Shown here: positions 30,317-39,273 of the stretch, one piece after another
How positions within the stretch are numbered: position 1 is the first letter of the stretch
How the letters are laid out: each line of letters begins with the position of its first letter
Sequence record: PZ445518.1
Reading direction: 5' to 3' (one strand)
DNA: 51,269 nucleotides
From: a phage
Notes under the pieces: model-generated
What the model was told of the DNA's origin: nothing
Database searches by the model: none
The model's input: only the letters and a program-made list of their open reading frames with translations
Translations under genes and position numbers: made by a program

Positions 30317-30735
30317 TGGCTATAACTGATAAAGGAGATTATCTTGAGTTTTACGAAAGAGATCCAACCGACACGAGAAAGGAAGTTAATCACCAGATAG
30401 ATAGCTTTCAGTGGTTGACTTATGCTCATCCTTATTTGCTAGCTTGGCATACGGTAAACGAGAATGAGAAGTCGAAAGTAACGGCGATGATTGATCAGCA
30501 GTCCGGCTTGGTTAAGGGGGTAAGCGATTTCATCATCCTGATTGGTTCAAACGGAAAATACCCCTTTGCAGCGATTGAGATCAAACGAGTGAATAAATCA
30601 GGCAAGGGGAAAGCATCACCAGTCAGCGATGAACAAAAGGCTTTTTTGCGTCGCGTTCGCAGCTTAGGAGGATTCGCTGCGGTCGCCTACGGATTTAATC
30701 AGTTTAAGTTAGCTATTGAATACATGCTTAAATAG
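30316..30735 (+). CDS. VRR-NUC domain nuclease
   Basis: 139 aa with D-x(n)-E-x-K type block (DFIILIG...AIEIK); coupled to helicase. Confidence 0.6.
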   Translation: MAITDKGDYLEFYERDPTDTRKEVNHQIDSFQWLTYAHPYLLAWHTVNENEKSKVTAMIDQQSGLVKGVSDFIILIGSNGKYPFAAIEIKRVNKSGKGKASPVSDEQKAFLRRVRSLGGFAAVAYGFNQFKLAIEYMLK

Positions 30736-30775
30736 CACTTTTTGTTAAAACTGGCGCGATGGATTGCGCCATAAT
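30730..30775 (+). promoter_or_regulatory. conserved-element promoter cassette (-10 CATAAT) upstream of dam
   Basis: AAATAGCACTTTTTGTTAAAAC (contains stop TAG of VRR-NUC gene), 19 nt hairpin TGGCGCG..GCGCCA, CATAAT. Confidence 0.55.
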
Positions 30776-30812
30776 TCAATAACACGAGATGGCTTTTAAT
30801 AGCGGAGAAATG

Positions 30813-31541
30813 AAAATGGCTAAAGATATTTTAGATAAAGACACCCATGACGCATTTGTTAGCTTTGAGCAGTTGGAGAGAGAAACGTTTATAGGAAATG
30901 CTCTTGCAACTGGAGGCCATTACCAGGCAGTAAAGCCAAATCAATATTATAAGGTAAGCGGCAACCGATACGCTGGAAGCACTACGCCGGACGTTGTGCG
31001 CGATATGTGGAGCACACCTCAAGAGATCGTGGAGTGGATGGAATCAGAATTTGGCGAATACGATCTCGACGCGGCAGCAAGCCAGGAAAACGCAGTTTGC
31101 GAGAAGTTCTATAGCAAGGAAACAAACTGCTTAAAGCGTTGGTGGGGTAGCAACAAGCACGTATGGCTTAACCCGCCGTACAGCAACCCAACTCCATTTA
31201 TCAAGAAAGCAATTGAGCAAATGGAGCACAACAACCAAATTGATGTTTTGTTGCCATCCGACAACTCTACAGCATGGTTTTATGAGGCGCAGAAAAACGC
31301 GGCTGAAATCATCTGGATCACTGGCGAGGTTTACGAAGAGGGGGGAGTGGAATATTCCCGCACCGGAAGAATCGCCTTTGTGTCTGGATTGACTGGCGAG
31401 CCTGTACAGGGCAACAATAAGGGAAGCGTGATTTTTGTCATGCGCAAACTTAAAGAAGGCGAGGAGCAGAAAACGCGATACGTTAAGATCAGCGATATTT
31501 GCCCCTCTGTAACCGAACGCCGCGCGCGCAAACGGAGCTAA
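30813..31541 (+). CDS. dam: DNA N6-adenine methyltransferase
   Basis: NPPY catalytic motif (WLNPPYS) preceded by DLDAAAS SAM-binding-like block; start 30813 or 30819. Confidence 0.75.
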   Translation, partial: KMAKDILDKDTHDAFVSFEQLERETFIGNALATGGHYQAVKPNQYYKVSGNRYAGSTTPDVVRDMWSTPQEIVEWMESEFGEYDLDAAASQENAVCEKFYSKETNCLKRWWGSNKHVWLNPPYSNPTPFIKKAIEQMEHNNQIDVLLPSDNSTAWFYEAQKNAAEIIWITGEVYEEGGVEYSRTGRIAFVSGLTGEPVQGNNKGSVIFVMRKLKEGEEQKTRYVKISDICPSVTERRARKRS

Positions 31542-31545
31542 CACG

Positions 31546-31803
31546 ATGAAAAAAGAGAGAAGCGTTTATTTAAATGAAACTGGCGAGTGGTTGTTATTTC
31601 GCGCTATGGTGTGCGATGCACTTGATAAAAACCCTAACGTGAAAAAGATGATTGATTGCGATCCGTGGGAATTTTCAAGCGCATTAGATATGAGCTTTGA
31701 TGAGACAAGAAAACTCCCTCTTGAAAAATGGCACGAACAAATCAGAAATGATATGCAAGAGTTTGTAGATTCGTGGAATTTTCAGAACGGAATGATCCAC
31801 TAA
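31546..31803 (+). CDS. hypothetical protein
   Basis: 85-aa ORF; stop TAA followed by TAG of conserved element. Confidence 0.45.
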   Translation: MKKERSVYLNETGEWLLFRAMVCDALDKNPNVKKMIDCDPWEFSSALDMSFDETRKLPLEKWHEQIRNDMQEFVDSWNFQNGMIH

Positions 31804-31846
31804 TAGCACTTTTTGTTAAAACGCCCGGCATTTTGTCGGGCATAAT
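31801..31846 (+). promoter_or_regulatory. conserved-element promoter cassette (-10 CATAAT)
   Basis: TAATAGCACTTTTTGTTAAAAC, 19 nt hairpin GCCCGGC..GTCGGGC, CATAAT, then leader box CATCGAAACGAAC. Confidence 0.55.
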
Positions 31847-31872
31847 TATTTCATCGAAACGAACGTGAGGAA

Positions 31873-32058
31873 ATGAAAATGGTAGTATATAGCAAGAAAG
31901 CATTTGACAAGGCGCAACAAGCCGCACGCGAGGCGGTAAAAGGTGGAACGAAAAACAATATGCAGCTTGATTGGGGCGCTGCAATGATTCTACTTCGCGT
32001 TGCATATGGTCACTACCCATTAGAATTTGCGGAGGCATATTATAAGCATGAAGATTGA
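31873..32058 (+). CDS. hypothetical protein
   Basis: 61-aa ORF downstream of promoter cassette 31801-31846. Confidence 0.4.
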   Translation: MKMVVYSKKAFDKAQQAAREAVKGGTKNNMQLDWGAAMILLRVAYGHYPLEFAEAYYKHED

Positions 32059-32290
32059 ACAAGGTAGAGAGGCGGTATGGAATCACGCTAAAGAATGCGG
32101 AATAGCCGACGATATAAAGAAGATCGCGCAATACTTTGATATTGCAGATGTGAGCATAATTAGCGGCGATAAGATGACTTTCCTCAAGGAAAGGCCGCGA
32201 AAAATGGTAAGAGTTCCAGCAGTTCCAACAAAAATTGATTTCAAAGAGGCAATGGCTAAAATCCGAGAGCCTCGCAAATATTATAAATGA
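32048..32290 (+). CDS. hypothetical protein
   Basis: ORF 32027..32290 with internal ATG at 32048. Confidence 0.35.
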   Translation: MKIEQGREAVWNHAKECGIADDIKKIAQYFDIADVSIISGDKMTFLKERPRKMVRVPAVPTKIDFKEAMAKIREPRKYYK

Positions 32291-32384
32291 GGATAGTTAT
32301 CATGTGGCGCTTGTTTGTTCTACCGTTACCCGTTATCATCGCTGTTACAGTTATGTACCATATAGTGATGAGATAGGTGGCAGA

Positions 32385-33500
32385 ATGAAAAATGTAAAAA
32401 TTACAGATGAGCAATTCAAGATCGAACGGGCGGCGGGTAAGACATATAAACAGATCGCTCAAGAGTACGGAATGAATGTGAGAAGCGTCGAGCGTCGCGC
32501 GGCGCGACTTGCAAAGCAAGGCCAGGTATCCACCATTGGAGCGCCTTGTTTTGGCGTTCATGGTGAGTCAGTAATGACTGACAAAGAAGGCAACATAATC
32601 CTAAAGTGGACTAAAACCAGCAAGGATAAAGAGCAATTAGAAGCATTAATGCGCGCAGCAATGGAGGCATTTAGCGAGGAAGTGCCGCGATTAGATCCGG
32701 TTCCATTACAGGAGCGTGACTATAACGAAACGCTTTCCTTGTATCCGATCTTTGACATGCACTTAGGAGCTATGGCCCATAAGCACGAATGCGGCGAAAA
32801 TTGGGATACTGCCACGGCAGAGCGCGTTATGAATAACTTTATCGACTATGCTTTAATGTGCGCACCGGATAGCGAAAAGGCTGTCATCCTGATTGGTGGC
32901 GATATGCTGCATAGCGACGGCCTGGAGGCGGTTACACCTGCAAGCGGTCACGTACTGGATCAAGATAGTCGATATGCAAAATTGGTTTACGTTGCCATCC
33001 GTGCAATGCGACGCGCAATCAATAAAATGTTGTTAAAGCATAAACATGTTGAAGTCCAGATCGTAGAGGGCAATCATGACCAATCAGGAATGATTTGGCT
33101 ACGCGCAGCAATGGCGGCAGCATATGAAAACGAGCCGCGCGTTTACGTTGATGTTTCCCCTCGCGTTGTGCACCACACGCAATACGGAAAAACTTTCCTT
33201 GCGTACCATCACGGGCACACAGTGCGTAAACCGGAGGCTTTGCTAATGATGTGCGCGTCAGATTGGCGGGAGGACTTCGGAAACTCAAAAACGATGTATG
33301 CGCACGTAGGGCACTGGCATCACCAGACCGTGACAGAAACGTCGCTTGGCATCGTTGAGGTGCATAGCACCCTGGCGGCAAAAGACGCATACGCCGCGCG
33401 AGGTGGCTGGAGATCTCGACGCCGTGCGGCGGTTATCATTTACGACAAAGAGCATGGAGAGGTGGGGCGATTTGTTCACTATCCAGAAATGATGAATTGA
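32385..33500 (+). CDS. HTH + calcineurin-like metallophosphoesterase
   Basis: Phosphoesterase motifs D-x-H (FDMHLG), GD (GGDMLHSDG), GNHD, GH-x-H (HVGHWHH); N-terminal HTH-like segment; ATG 32385. Confidence 0.6.
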   Translation: MKNVKITDEQFKIERAAGKTYKQIAQEYGMNVRSVERRAARLAKQGQVSTIGAPCFGVHGESVMTDKEGNIILKWTKTSKDKEQLEALMRAAMEAFSEEVPRLDPVPLQERDYNETLSLYPIFDMHLGAMAHKHECGENWDTATAERVMNNFIDYALMCAPDSEKAVILIGGDMLHSDGLEAVTPASGHVLDQDSRYAKLVYVAIRAMRRAINKMLLKHKHVEVQIVEGNHDQSGMIWLRAAMAAAYENEPRVYVDVSPRVVHHTQYGKTFLAYHHGHTVRKPEALLMMCASDWREDFGNSKTMYAHVGHWHHQTVTETSLGIVEVHSTLAAKDAYAARGGWRSRRRAAVIIYDKEHGEVGRFVHYPEMMN

Positions 33501-33547
33501 TGAATTTTTATTTAAATCAATGACAAATTAAATCAAAAACTTGCAAG

Positions 33548-33580
33548 GGGGCGGCGTTTGTCGCCTCTTTTTTTTGTTTA
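33548..33580 (+). terminator. terminator-like hairpin followed by T8
   Basis: GGGGGCGGCG tttgt CGCCTC (imperfect stem) followed by TTTTTTTT. Confidence 0.45.
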
Positions 33581-33645
33581 ATTTTTTACCATGTACGTTT
33601 ATCATGCGGTCAATATATTGACTTTAATTAATATGGAGAATAAAA

Positions 33646-33861
33646 ATGAAAGATTTTATTAACGCAGCTACCGCCGGATCTGGCGGTTCATCTATCGCAA
33701 GCGCCGCTACAGGGCAGTTAACCATTGCTATTGCCAGCTTTGTTTTAATGGCTGCATTCGGTGCATGGGGCGCTTACCTTCGCTGGCGTGATAGTAAAAA
33801 ATTCCACGAGGCGATCGAAAAAGGTGATATTCAAAAAGCTATTGAAATCAGGGGCAAGTAA
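33646..33861 (+). CDS. holin (putative)
   Basis: 71 aa, hydrophobic transmembrane core, charged C-terminus; directly upstream of endolysin. Confidence 0.6.
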   Translation: MKDFINAATAGSGGSSIASAATGQLTIAIASFVLMAAFGAWGAYLRWRDSKKFHEAIEKGDIQKAIEIRGK

Positions 33862-34352
33862 TGAGCATAAAGAACAAGGTAGCGGCTGCGGCCTTTGGCG
33901 TTGCGGTTGCCTTGACTTCTCCACTTCTTGAAGAGATCGAAGGGGTAAGATACAAGCCATACAAAGATATTGCTGGAGTATGGACGGTTTGCGCAGGAAT
34001 CACCGGACCAGATGTTATCCTGGGGAAAACGTACACTAAAAAAGAGTGTGATGCTTTGTTGGCTAAGCATATCCAGGTTGCTAAAAAGGAAGTTGACAAG
34101 CAAGTTAAGGTTGACATTCCTGATAGTATGCGTGCAGCAATGTACTCATTCACTTACAATGCAGGTGTGGGAGCTTTCAGAAATTCAACAATGCTGAAAC
34201 TCATAAACCAGGGGAAATTAAACGAGGCTTGCGATCAGCTTTATCGTTGGACTTATTACCATAACCAAAAAACAGGAAAGCGCGAGAAGTCTAAAGGCTT
34301 ACTTAACAGGCGCAAGGTCGAATACAAATATTGCACAATGGATCTGAAATGA
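33861..34352 (+). CDS. SAR endolysin (phage lysozyme, T4 lysozyme-like fold)
   Basis: N-terminal signal-anchor-release-type hydrophobic stretch; catalytic E-x8-D-x5-T ([16 protein letters not shown]). Confidence 0.8.
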   Translation: MSIKNKVAAAAFGVAVALTSPLLEEIEGVRYKPYKDIAGVWTVCAGITGPDVILGKTYTKKECDALLAKHIQVAKKEVDKQVKVDIPDSMRAAMYSFTYNAGVGAFRNSTMLKLINQGKLNEACDQLYRWTYYHNQKTGKREKSKGLLNRRKVEYKYCTMDLK

Positions 34353-34744
34353 TGAAGAATTTTTTACTTACACCAATCGCAATGGCGGTGATCTTGTCTG
34401 GATGTTCAAGCGTTACGCCACTGACCGGATTAATCGGCAGTAAGCCGGAAATCACAGCACAGGCTGGAGCGGAGAACGTGAAGCAGACAGTTGGCATTAC
34501 AGCAAAGCAGGACGCCAGCACAAAACAGGAAACCACAATAAAGGAATCTGCGGTTGACAAGGTGGACACGTCCAGCAAGAAGGATTTCACAACATCAACC
34601 ATTCAGGCCAATACCATCAAGGCAGACAAAATTCAGGTCGTGCAGGGTAATAACGGCAGATGGTACGATCCGGTAATCATATGCGTGGTTGTGTTAATTG
34701 TGCTGATTTGTCTTTACTGGAGAGAAAAGAAAAAGGAGGCTTAA
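34349..34744 (+). CDS. unimolecular spanin (u-spanin)
   Basis: N-terminal lipoprotein signal with lipobox LSGC plus single C-terminal TM helix ([16 protein letters not shown]); follows endolysin as in phage T1. Confidence 0.65.
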   Translation: MMKNFLLTPIAMAVILSGCSSVTPLTGLIGSKPEITAQAGAENVKQTVGITAKQDASTKQETTIKESAVDKVDTSSKKDFTTSTIQANTIKADKIQVVQGNNGRWYDPVIICVVVLIVLICLYWREKKKEA

Positions 34745-34760
34745 TGCCTCCTTTATTTTT
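34731..34760. terminator. bidirectional terminator between lysis cassette and convergent early genes
   Basis: AGGAGGC ttaat GCCTCCT flanked by A-tract and T-tract; overlaps u-spanin stop. Confidence 0.7.
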
Positions 34761-34984
34761 ATGCGTCGGGCCACATATGAGTTTCGTTTGTTGGCTTGTT
34801 CGATTCGTCGTACTGCCTTACTTCAATGCTGCAAGTGTCGCCGTACATTTCTGCAATCTTGCGCTCATTTTCAAACGCCGATTGCTCACTCCAGCCTGAA
34901 TCCTTATCGTAAACTGTCGGGATTTCAGAAGAAGATCCATTTGCATGATTGTATACGCGAACTACTAAAAACTTGCTGGACATG
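34759..34984 (-). CDS. hypothetical protein
   Basis: ATG at 34984 after AAAAGGA RBS; downstream of promoter cassette. Confidence 0.45.
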
Positions 34985-35020
34985 ATTTTTCCTTTTTGGT
35001 TGGTTCGTTTCGATGAAACA

Positions 35021-35066
35021 AATATACCCGACACAATGTCGGGAGTTTTAACAAAAAATGCTATTC
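35021..35066 (-). promoter_or_regulatory. conserved-element promoter cassette (-10 TATATT)
   Basis: Minus strand: GAATAGCATTTTTTGTTAAAAC, hairpin CCCGAC..GTCGGG, TATATT, leader CATCGAAACGAAC. Confidence 0.5.
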
Positions 35067-35255
35067 CATACGCTTTACTGTAACCAATAACACACCATCA
35101 TCATTGCATAAAACGTGTTCATTGGTGCTAAAAGCGCGCATATCTGAATAAAGCAGCGTAAGTAACGCATGAATAAGATCCTCATGTGATATTGAATTTA
35201 CGGCGCAGTGCTTCAAGATCTTGTCTATTAGCTTTTGCCTGGAACAATTCATCAT
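35061..35255 (-). CDS. hypothetical protein
   Basis: Stop TAG lies inside conserved element; overlaps 35182..35577 in another frame, so start uncertain. Confidence 0.3.
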   Translation of the reverse strand: MMNCSRQKLIDKILKHCAVNSISHEDLIHALLTLLYSDMRAFSTNEHVLCNDDGVLLVTVKRME

Positions 35256-35577
35256 CGCCCATCTCCCCTATTCTAGCCATATCCCTGATCCAGTCGTTGC
35301 GCATACCATCCAGGCTATACAATTCGAATCCGAAAGGCCGCTTTGACGATCCTTTGGACCAGTATTTTCCGCAGACTCCATCTATATAACCAGCCGTCAT
35401 CATTCTTGCGCAAAATTCCTTAGATGCAAGGCTGGCGAACATTCGCGGCGTAAGTCCGGCGGCCCGTGCGAGCCGCTCACATTCTCTATGCTGATAGATA
35501 AATTTGGCTATGTGCTGCCTGTTAAACCAATCGTATGACTCACACCATTTATACAGATCAAGCAAAAACATAATCAT
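35182..35577 (-). CDS. hypothetical protein
   Basis: 131-aa ORF; start overlaps upstream gene stop. Confidence 0.45.
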   Translation of the reverse strand: MIMFLLDLYKWCESYDWFNRQHIAKFIYQHRECERLARAAGLTPRMFASLASKEFCARMMTAGYIDGVCGKYWSKGSSKRPFGFELYSLDGMRNDWIRDMARIGEMGDDELFQAKANRQDLEALRRKFNIT

Positions 35578-37154
35578 CCCAGCAGTATTGGATTGACAAA
35601 AATAACACCATTAATCACACAAACATAATTTCTTTCTTCCAGCATTGGCAGTAAGTGCCCTTCTATCCTTTTCATTACGCCAGCCTGACCAACGAAAGGT
35701 TTTACCTTTCTCGCTGATTCGTACAGGGCGCGGATATTCAGAATACCTTTATTAGCCTTGCCGTGCCTCGTGATCAATTCAATCAATTTACCCATTTCAG
35801 CATCATCACCAGCATAACCAGAAGCATTGGCGGCGCTAATGTATGTTTTGCTCAATTCCTGAAACATGATCAACGCCTCTTGCATTGTTTCCACGTCGAT
35901 CTCTTTCGACTTCTGCGGGTATCCGGCAGGATTAAACCAGTTACGGATAACATGCAGGACGGAAGCAAGCCTGATCACCTGTTTATCCATTTTACCCAGC
36001 GCACCGCGTAACATTGTATGAGAATACTTTCCTCCGTCTGCAAGATGCGGTTCCATATCCTGGCGAGCAATGTTGAGCACTCGCATAGCTGAACGGCTTA
36101 TTTTCAGCGATATATTTGATTCGCTCATGATGTTATGCACCAATTGATAATATTGGGCTTTCAATTCAGAATCCACCGCCTCATAGGTAGAATCACCATT
36201 TTCATCAATGAATGAGCGACGGCCTAAGAATGATTCCTCTCGGACCAACAAAAAACGCTCACTAACACCGATGCCTCGCGATCCAGCGTCCATGATTCCG
36301 CTTATCGTTTCATCCTGGGCTATGACGCTCATACATCCAAGCGCGCGAAAACTCATATTATTGTCAGCATTAGCACGGGCAATTGATACGTGACCATTAT
36401 CCCACGCCTTAAGCACTAACTCACTGTTAGTCTTCCTTTCGCTATTTGCATAGGTCAAGCCTAACAGACTGTTAATACTTGTTGCTTCATCAGATATTAC
36501 GGCAAAGTTACCTTGCTTGTTGTTGATTTTCGCCAAGCCTTCTGGAGTTGTATCTGAAACAGGAAAAGTTATATCACACATTTTTTCCAGCTTTTCCTCC
36601 AGATCCTCTTTTTCCTGGTATAGAGATTCCATATCAGCGCCGGATCTTTCGCTTTTCATCTCCTTTGCAAGACCTGCCAGCTTTGCCTGTATTTTCTTTC
36701 TTTCCTTGCGGCGTTGCTCGTTGATCTTCTCAACTTCCGCAATCATCGGAGCAATAGCCATGCTGTTGATCGCAGATTTACCAGTTGACGGCGGCTGGCT
36801 TGTAACGACGTAAAGCGCAGTCGGCTGATCGGTTCCGTGATAGTCAACCGTAAAGCGTCCAAGCATAGCGGCAGAAATGCAGCCGATAAAGTGCATGTAA
36901 GCCGATGATTCAGGGAATTGAACGGATCGCGCAATGCTGCGTGATAACTTGCCGACAACATCAATATCATTACCAAGAGAAATAACGGGGTAGCGATCGT
37001 GACCGCTATTCACATCCTTTACGTCGCCCCAAAAGCTGGACGACTGGCGATAGCCGTTAGCCTGAATTGATACGCGAACTGGCGAAAGGTTCTGGCTTTC
37101 AGCCATAGCGATTATTTGTTGTGGAGTTAATTTGTTCGTTTCTAATGAAAACAT
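35574..37154 (-). CDS. P-loop NTPase, DUF3987 / primase-C-terminal-like replication protein (putative)
   Basis: 526 aa; Walker A-like PPSTGKS; size and placement among replication genes. Confidence 0.5.
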   Translation of the reverse strand: MFSLETNKLTPQQIIAMAESQNLSPVRVSIQANGYRQSSSFWGDVKDVNSGHDRYPVISLGNDIDVVGKLSRSIARSVQFPESSAYMHFIGCISAAMLGRFTVDYHGTDQPTALYVVTSQPPSTGKSAINSMAIAPMIAEVEKINEQRRKERKKIQAKLAGLAKEMKSERSGADMESLYQEKEDLEEKLEKMCDITFPVSDTTPEGLAKINNKQGNFAVISDEATSINSLLGLTYANSERKTNSELVLKAWDNGHVSIARANADNNMSFRALGCMSVIAQDETISGIMDAGSRGIGVSERFLLVREESFLGRRSFIDENGDSTYEAVDSELKAQYYQLVHNIMSESNISLKISRSAMRVLNIARQDMEPHLADGGKYSHTMLRGALGKMDKQVIRLASVLHVIRNWFNPAGYPQKSKEIDVETMQEALIMFQELSKTYISAANASGYAGDDAEMGKLIELITRHGKANKGILNIRALYESARKVKPFVGQAGVMKRIEGHLLPMLEERNYVCVINGVIFVNPILLG

Positions 37155-37182
37155 TCGTTAGCTTCTCCTTTGTGGGCCGTAA

Positions 37183-37230
37183 ATTTTAACGGCCCAATAC
37201 TACCCCGTTTTGTCAAAAAGTGCTATTTGA
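37183..37230 (-). promoter_or_regulatory. conserved-element promoter cassette (-10 TAAAAT)
   Basis: Minus strand: AAATAGCACTTTTTGACAAAA, 19 nt, TAAAAT inside hairpin GGGCCGT..ACGGCCC. Confidence 0.45.
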
Positions 37231-37498
37231 TCCGCTCTATTGCAACCAGAAGTCGATCAGGCTGGCGGTCGCTGTAGCATTCTCCTGTAATCCCATCCTT
37301 AAACGTAAAGTAAAGCGCCTTATGATATGAAAAACCAATCAGCCAACCTACCGCCGTTTTTTTGATGGGCCTGACTATATCGCCAGGCTTGAAGGTTTTT
37401 GTTGCTGAATGAGTCACCTTATAGCGATATTCAGCCTTGATCATAAGGCTTCTCGCTTCCGTGGTTTTTGTGGAATCCGTACTTTTTCCAAATGGCAT
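37223..37498 (-). CDS. hypothetical protein
   Basis: Stop TAG embedded in conserved element; start uncertain (overlaps HNH gene end). Confidence 0.35.
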   Translation of the reverse strand: MPFGKSTDSTKTTEARSLMIKAEYRYKVTHSATKTFKPGDIVRPIKKTAVGWLIGFSYHKALYFTFKDGITGECYSDRQPDRLLVAIERIK

Positions 37499-37952
37499 CT
37501 CTTGATGCTACAGCGCTATCAATTGATGCATGATAACCACCAGAAATACACCTGCCATCAACAGTTACTTGTACGCACCATTTAGACACCCTCTTATTCC
37601 ACATCACGCCAGTATAACCAGATTTATTTGTCGATCTCCTTGTGTGGTTTTGTGAGTTTTGTTTTCTTGTGACAAGCCGGAGGTTTTCGATTCTATTGTC
37701 ATCTCTTATGTGATTCACGTGATCTATCTCCATTCCTTTTGGTATTGTTTTTCCATGCATCCACCAAACAATCCAATGCGCCGGATACTCTCTGCCACCA
37801 ATACCTATACGTCTATATCCGTTTTTAGTTATATAACCTGCCTCATCGCCAATTTTTGCCCGTCTTCCTGATGGGCTTTTCCATAATAGACGACCATTTT
37901 CATATATAAATAAATTTAGAAGTACTTGCCTTGAAATTCCGCTATTGCACAT
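37431..37952 (-). CDS. HNH homing endonuclease with AP2 DNA-binding domain
   Basis: HNH motif EIDHVNHIRDDNRIENL...N; AP2-like SGYTGVMWNKRVSKWCVQV...GGYHAS; start overlaps upstream gene end. Confidence 0.75.
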   Translation of the reverse strand: MCNSGISRQVLLNLFIYENGRLLWKSPSGRRAKIGDEAGYITKNGYRRIGIGGREYPAHWIVWWMHGKTIPKGMEIDHVNHIRDDNRIENLRLVTRKQNSQNHTRRSTNKSGYTGVMWNKRVSKWCVQVTVDGRCISGGYHASIDSAVASRDAIWKKYGFHKNHGSEKPYDQG

Positions 37953-38143
37953 TTAAATCCCACCTCGCATCTTTCAAGAGTCCATTGCTCACCTTGAGCA
38001 TCAACAACGTAACCAGCTACAGCGCCTAAAACCCTTCCCATAATTATCTCATAGCGTTTCCCTTCCTTAAAATGCTGACCTGGCTTTACGCTGTTCATGT
38101 GGTGGTAAACTTTTGAGCATTTTATTGTTCTCTTCTTTGCCAT
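37916..38143 (-). CDS. hypothetical protein
   Basis: 75-aa ORF with AAGGAG RBS downstream of promoter cassette. Confidence 0.45.
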   Translation of the reverse strand: MAKKRTIKCSKVYHHMNSVKPGQHFKEGKRYEIIMGRVLGAVAGYVVDAQGEQWTLERCEVGFKCAIAEFQGKYF

Positions 38144-38174
38144 CGTTTATTTCTCCTTTCGTTTCGGTGAAGTG

Positions 38175-38220
38175 ATTATGCCAGGTTTTTACACCTGGCT
38201 TTTAACAAAAAGTGCTATTT
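38175..38220 (-). promoter_or_regulatory. conserved-element promoter cassette (-10 CATAAT)
   Basis: Minus strand: AAATAGCACTTTTTGTTAAAA, 19 nt hairpin GCCAGGT..ACCTGGC, CATAAT, leader CACCGAAACGAAAGGAG. Confidence 0.55.
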
Positions 38221-38925
38221 TGAGTTTGACTCAAATACGGCGCGAGCAAATCCGCGCGGAGTGAGGGAGCGGATCATCTTTGTGCGTGATGAATTGCCGC
38301 CAGTTTTGGCCCAGCCTGGATTATCTTTGTCTTTCTCTTTCGGCAGGATTAAAGCGCGTGGAGGAATAACAAAGCCGTTGCCAGTCCAGAGGCATGTTTT
38401 CTTAAAGTAGCGATCCCGCGCCGGAATAATATCAGGGAAGTCGGGATGTTTATCATCTTCCGGCAGATAGCCAGCGTAATCGCACGGATGGAACGTATAA
38501 TCAGGCTTACGCCATAACGTTGACAACTTGCCAACCGGATTTTCGATCATGTAAGGAACACCGAAATAATCAGCTATATCAGCCGCGATTCTGCAAGTGT
38601 CGGCGGCCTCATCCTGGAACGATGGATTCTCAAGGCGTTTTTTGGCCCAATGGCGAGATCCGCTATTTGCAAGGTCGGTGCAAGGAGGGAACGCCATAAT
38701 AAAATCAGGATTGCCCCACTCATTATTGATTGCCTTAACATAAAAAGCATCATCAATCCAGACGTTAACGTATTCGATATTCTCATGCTGTATGCGCACT
38801 GACTGGTAATCACCGTGATCGCCGCCGTCAGCATTAAAGCAAATGCACTTATATCCATTATCAGCCCAATCTTTAACGGCTTTACCAGATCCATCAAATA
38901 GGGAGAATATTAAACCTTTATACAT
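38215..38925 (-). CDS. SAM-dependent DNA methyltransferase-like protein (C5-cytosine methyltransferase-type motifs)
   Basis: Ordered motifs FDGSG (motif I-like), FPPC (PC motif), IENPVG (ENV motif); only ~236 aa; stop TAG inside conserved element. Confidence 0.45.
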   Translation of the reverse strand: MYKGLIFSLFDGSGKAVKDWADNGYKCICFNADGGDHGDYQSVRIQHENIEYVNVWIDDAFYVKAINNEWGNPDFIMAFPPCTDLANSGSRHWAKKRLENPSFQDEAADTCRIAADIADYFGVPYMIENPVGKLSTLWRKPDYTFHPCDYAGYLPEDDKHPDFPDIIPARDRYFKKTCLWTGNGFVIPPRALILPKEKDKDNPGWAKTGGNSSRTKMIRSLTPRGFARAVFESNSK

Positions 38926-38935
38926 CGTCATTACC

Positions 38936-39160
38936 TCAAAACGGAAAACAGCGCGGACAACCAGGATCGAAATCGCATCCACAATCATTAACAATCATAG
39001 TGGGATCTGCAAATATTGCGCTTGATTCAAGATCCATATCCATATCACCTAAAGCCTCATCAAGACTCTTAATTTTATATGCCACTTCAAGCGCCGCCTC
39101 TTTATTTAGTCCGGCATCTTCTGCCATTTGAAGGCGCTCAAAAAATCCTTCTTGACTCAT
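38936..39160 (-). CDS. hypothetical protein (acidic, Cys-rich C-terminus)
   Basis: 74-aa ORF; C-terminal CGCDFDPGCPRC. Confidence 0.45.
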   Translation of the reverse strand: MSQEGFFERLQMAEDAGLNKEAALEVAYKIKSLDEALGDMDMDLESSAIFADPTMIVNDCGCDFDPGCPRCFPF

Positions 39161-39273
39161 CGCATAATCCCCTTAATAACAGCCAAGATAATAGCCAGGC
39201 CAGCAGCAGTAACCAAAAAGCCAACCGCGCCAATAATCGAATAAAAAAAGAAATCAATAGCCTTATCTATCAT
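39157..39273 (-). CDS. small membrane protein (38 aa)
   Basis: ATG after GAGGTGGAA; single hydrophobic helix; stop TGA overlaps next ATG; below ORF-track size cutoff. Confidence 0.3.
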   Translation of the reverse strand: MIDKAIDFFFYSIIGAVGFLVTAAGLAIILAVIKGIMR

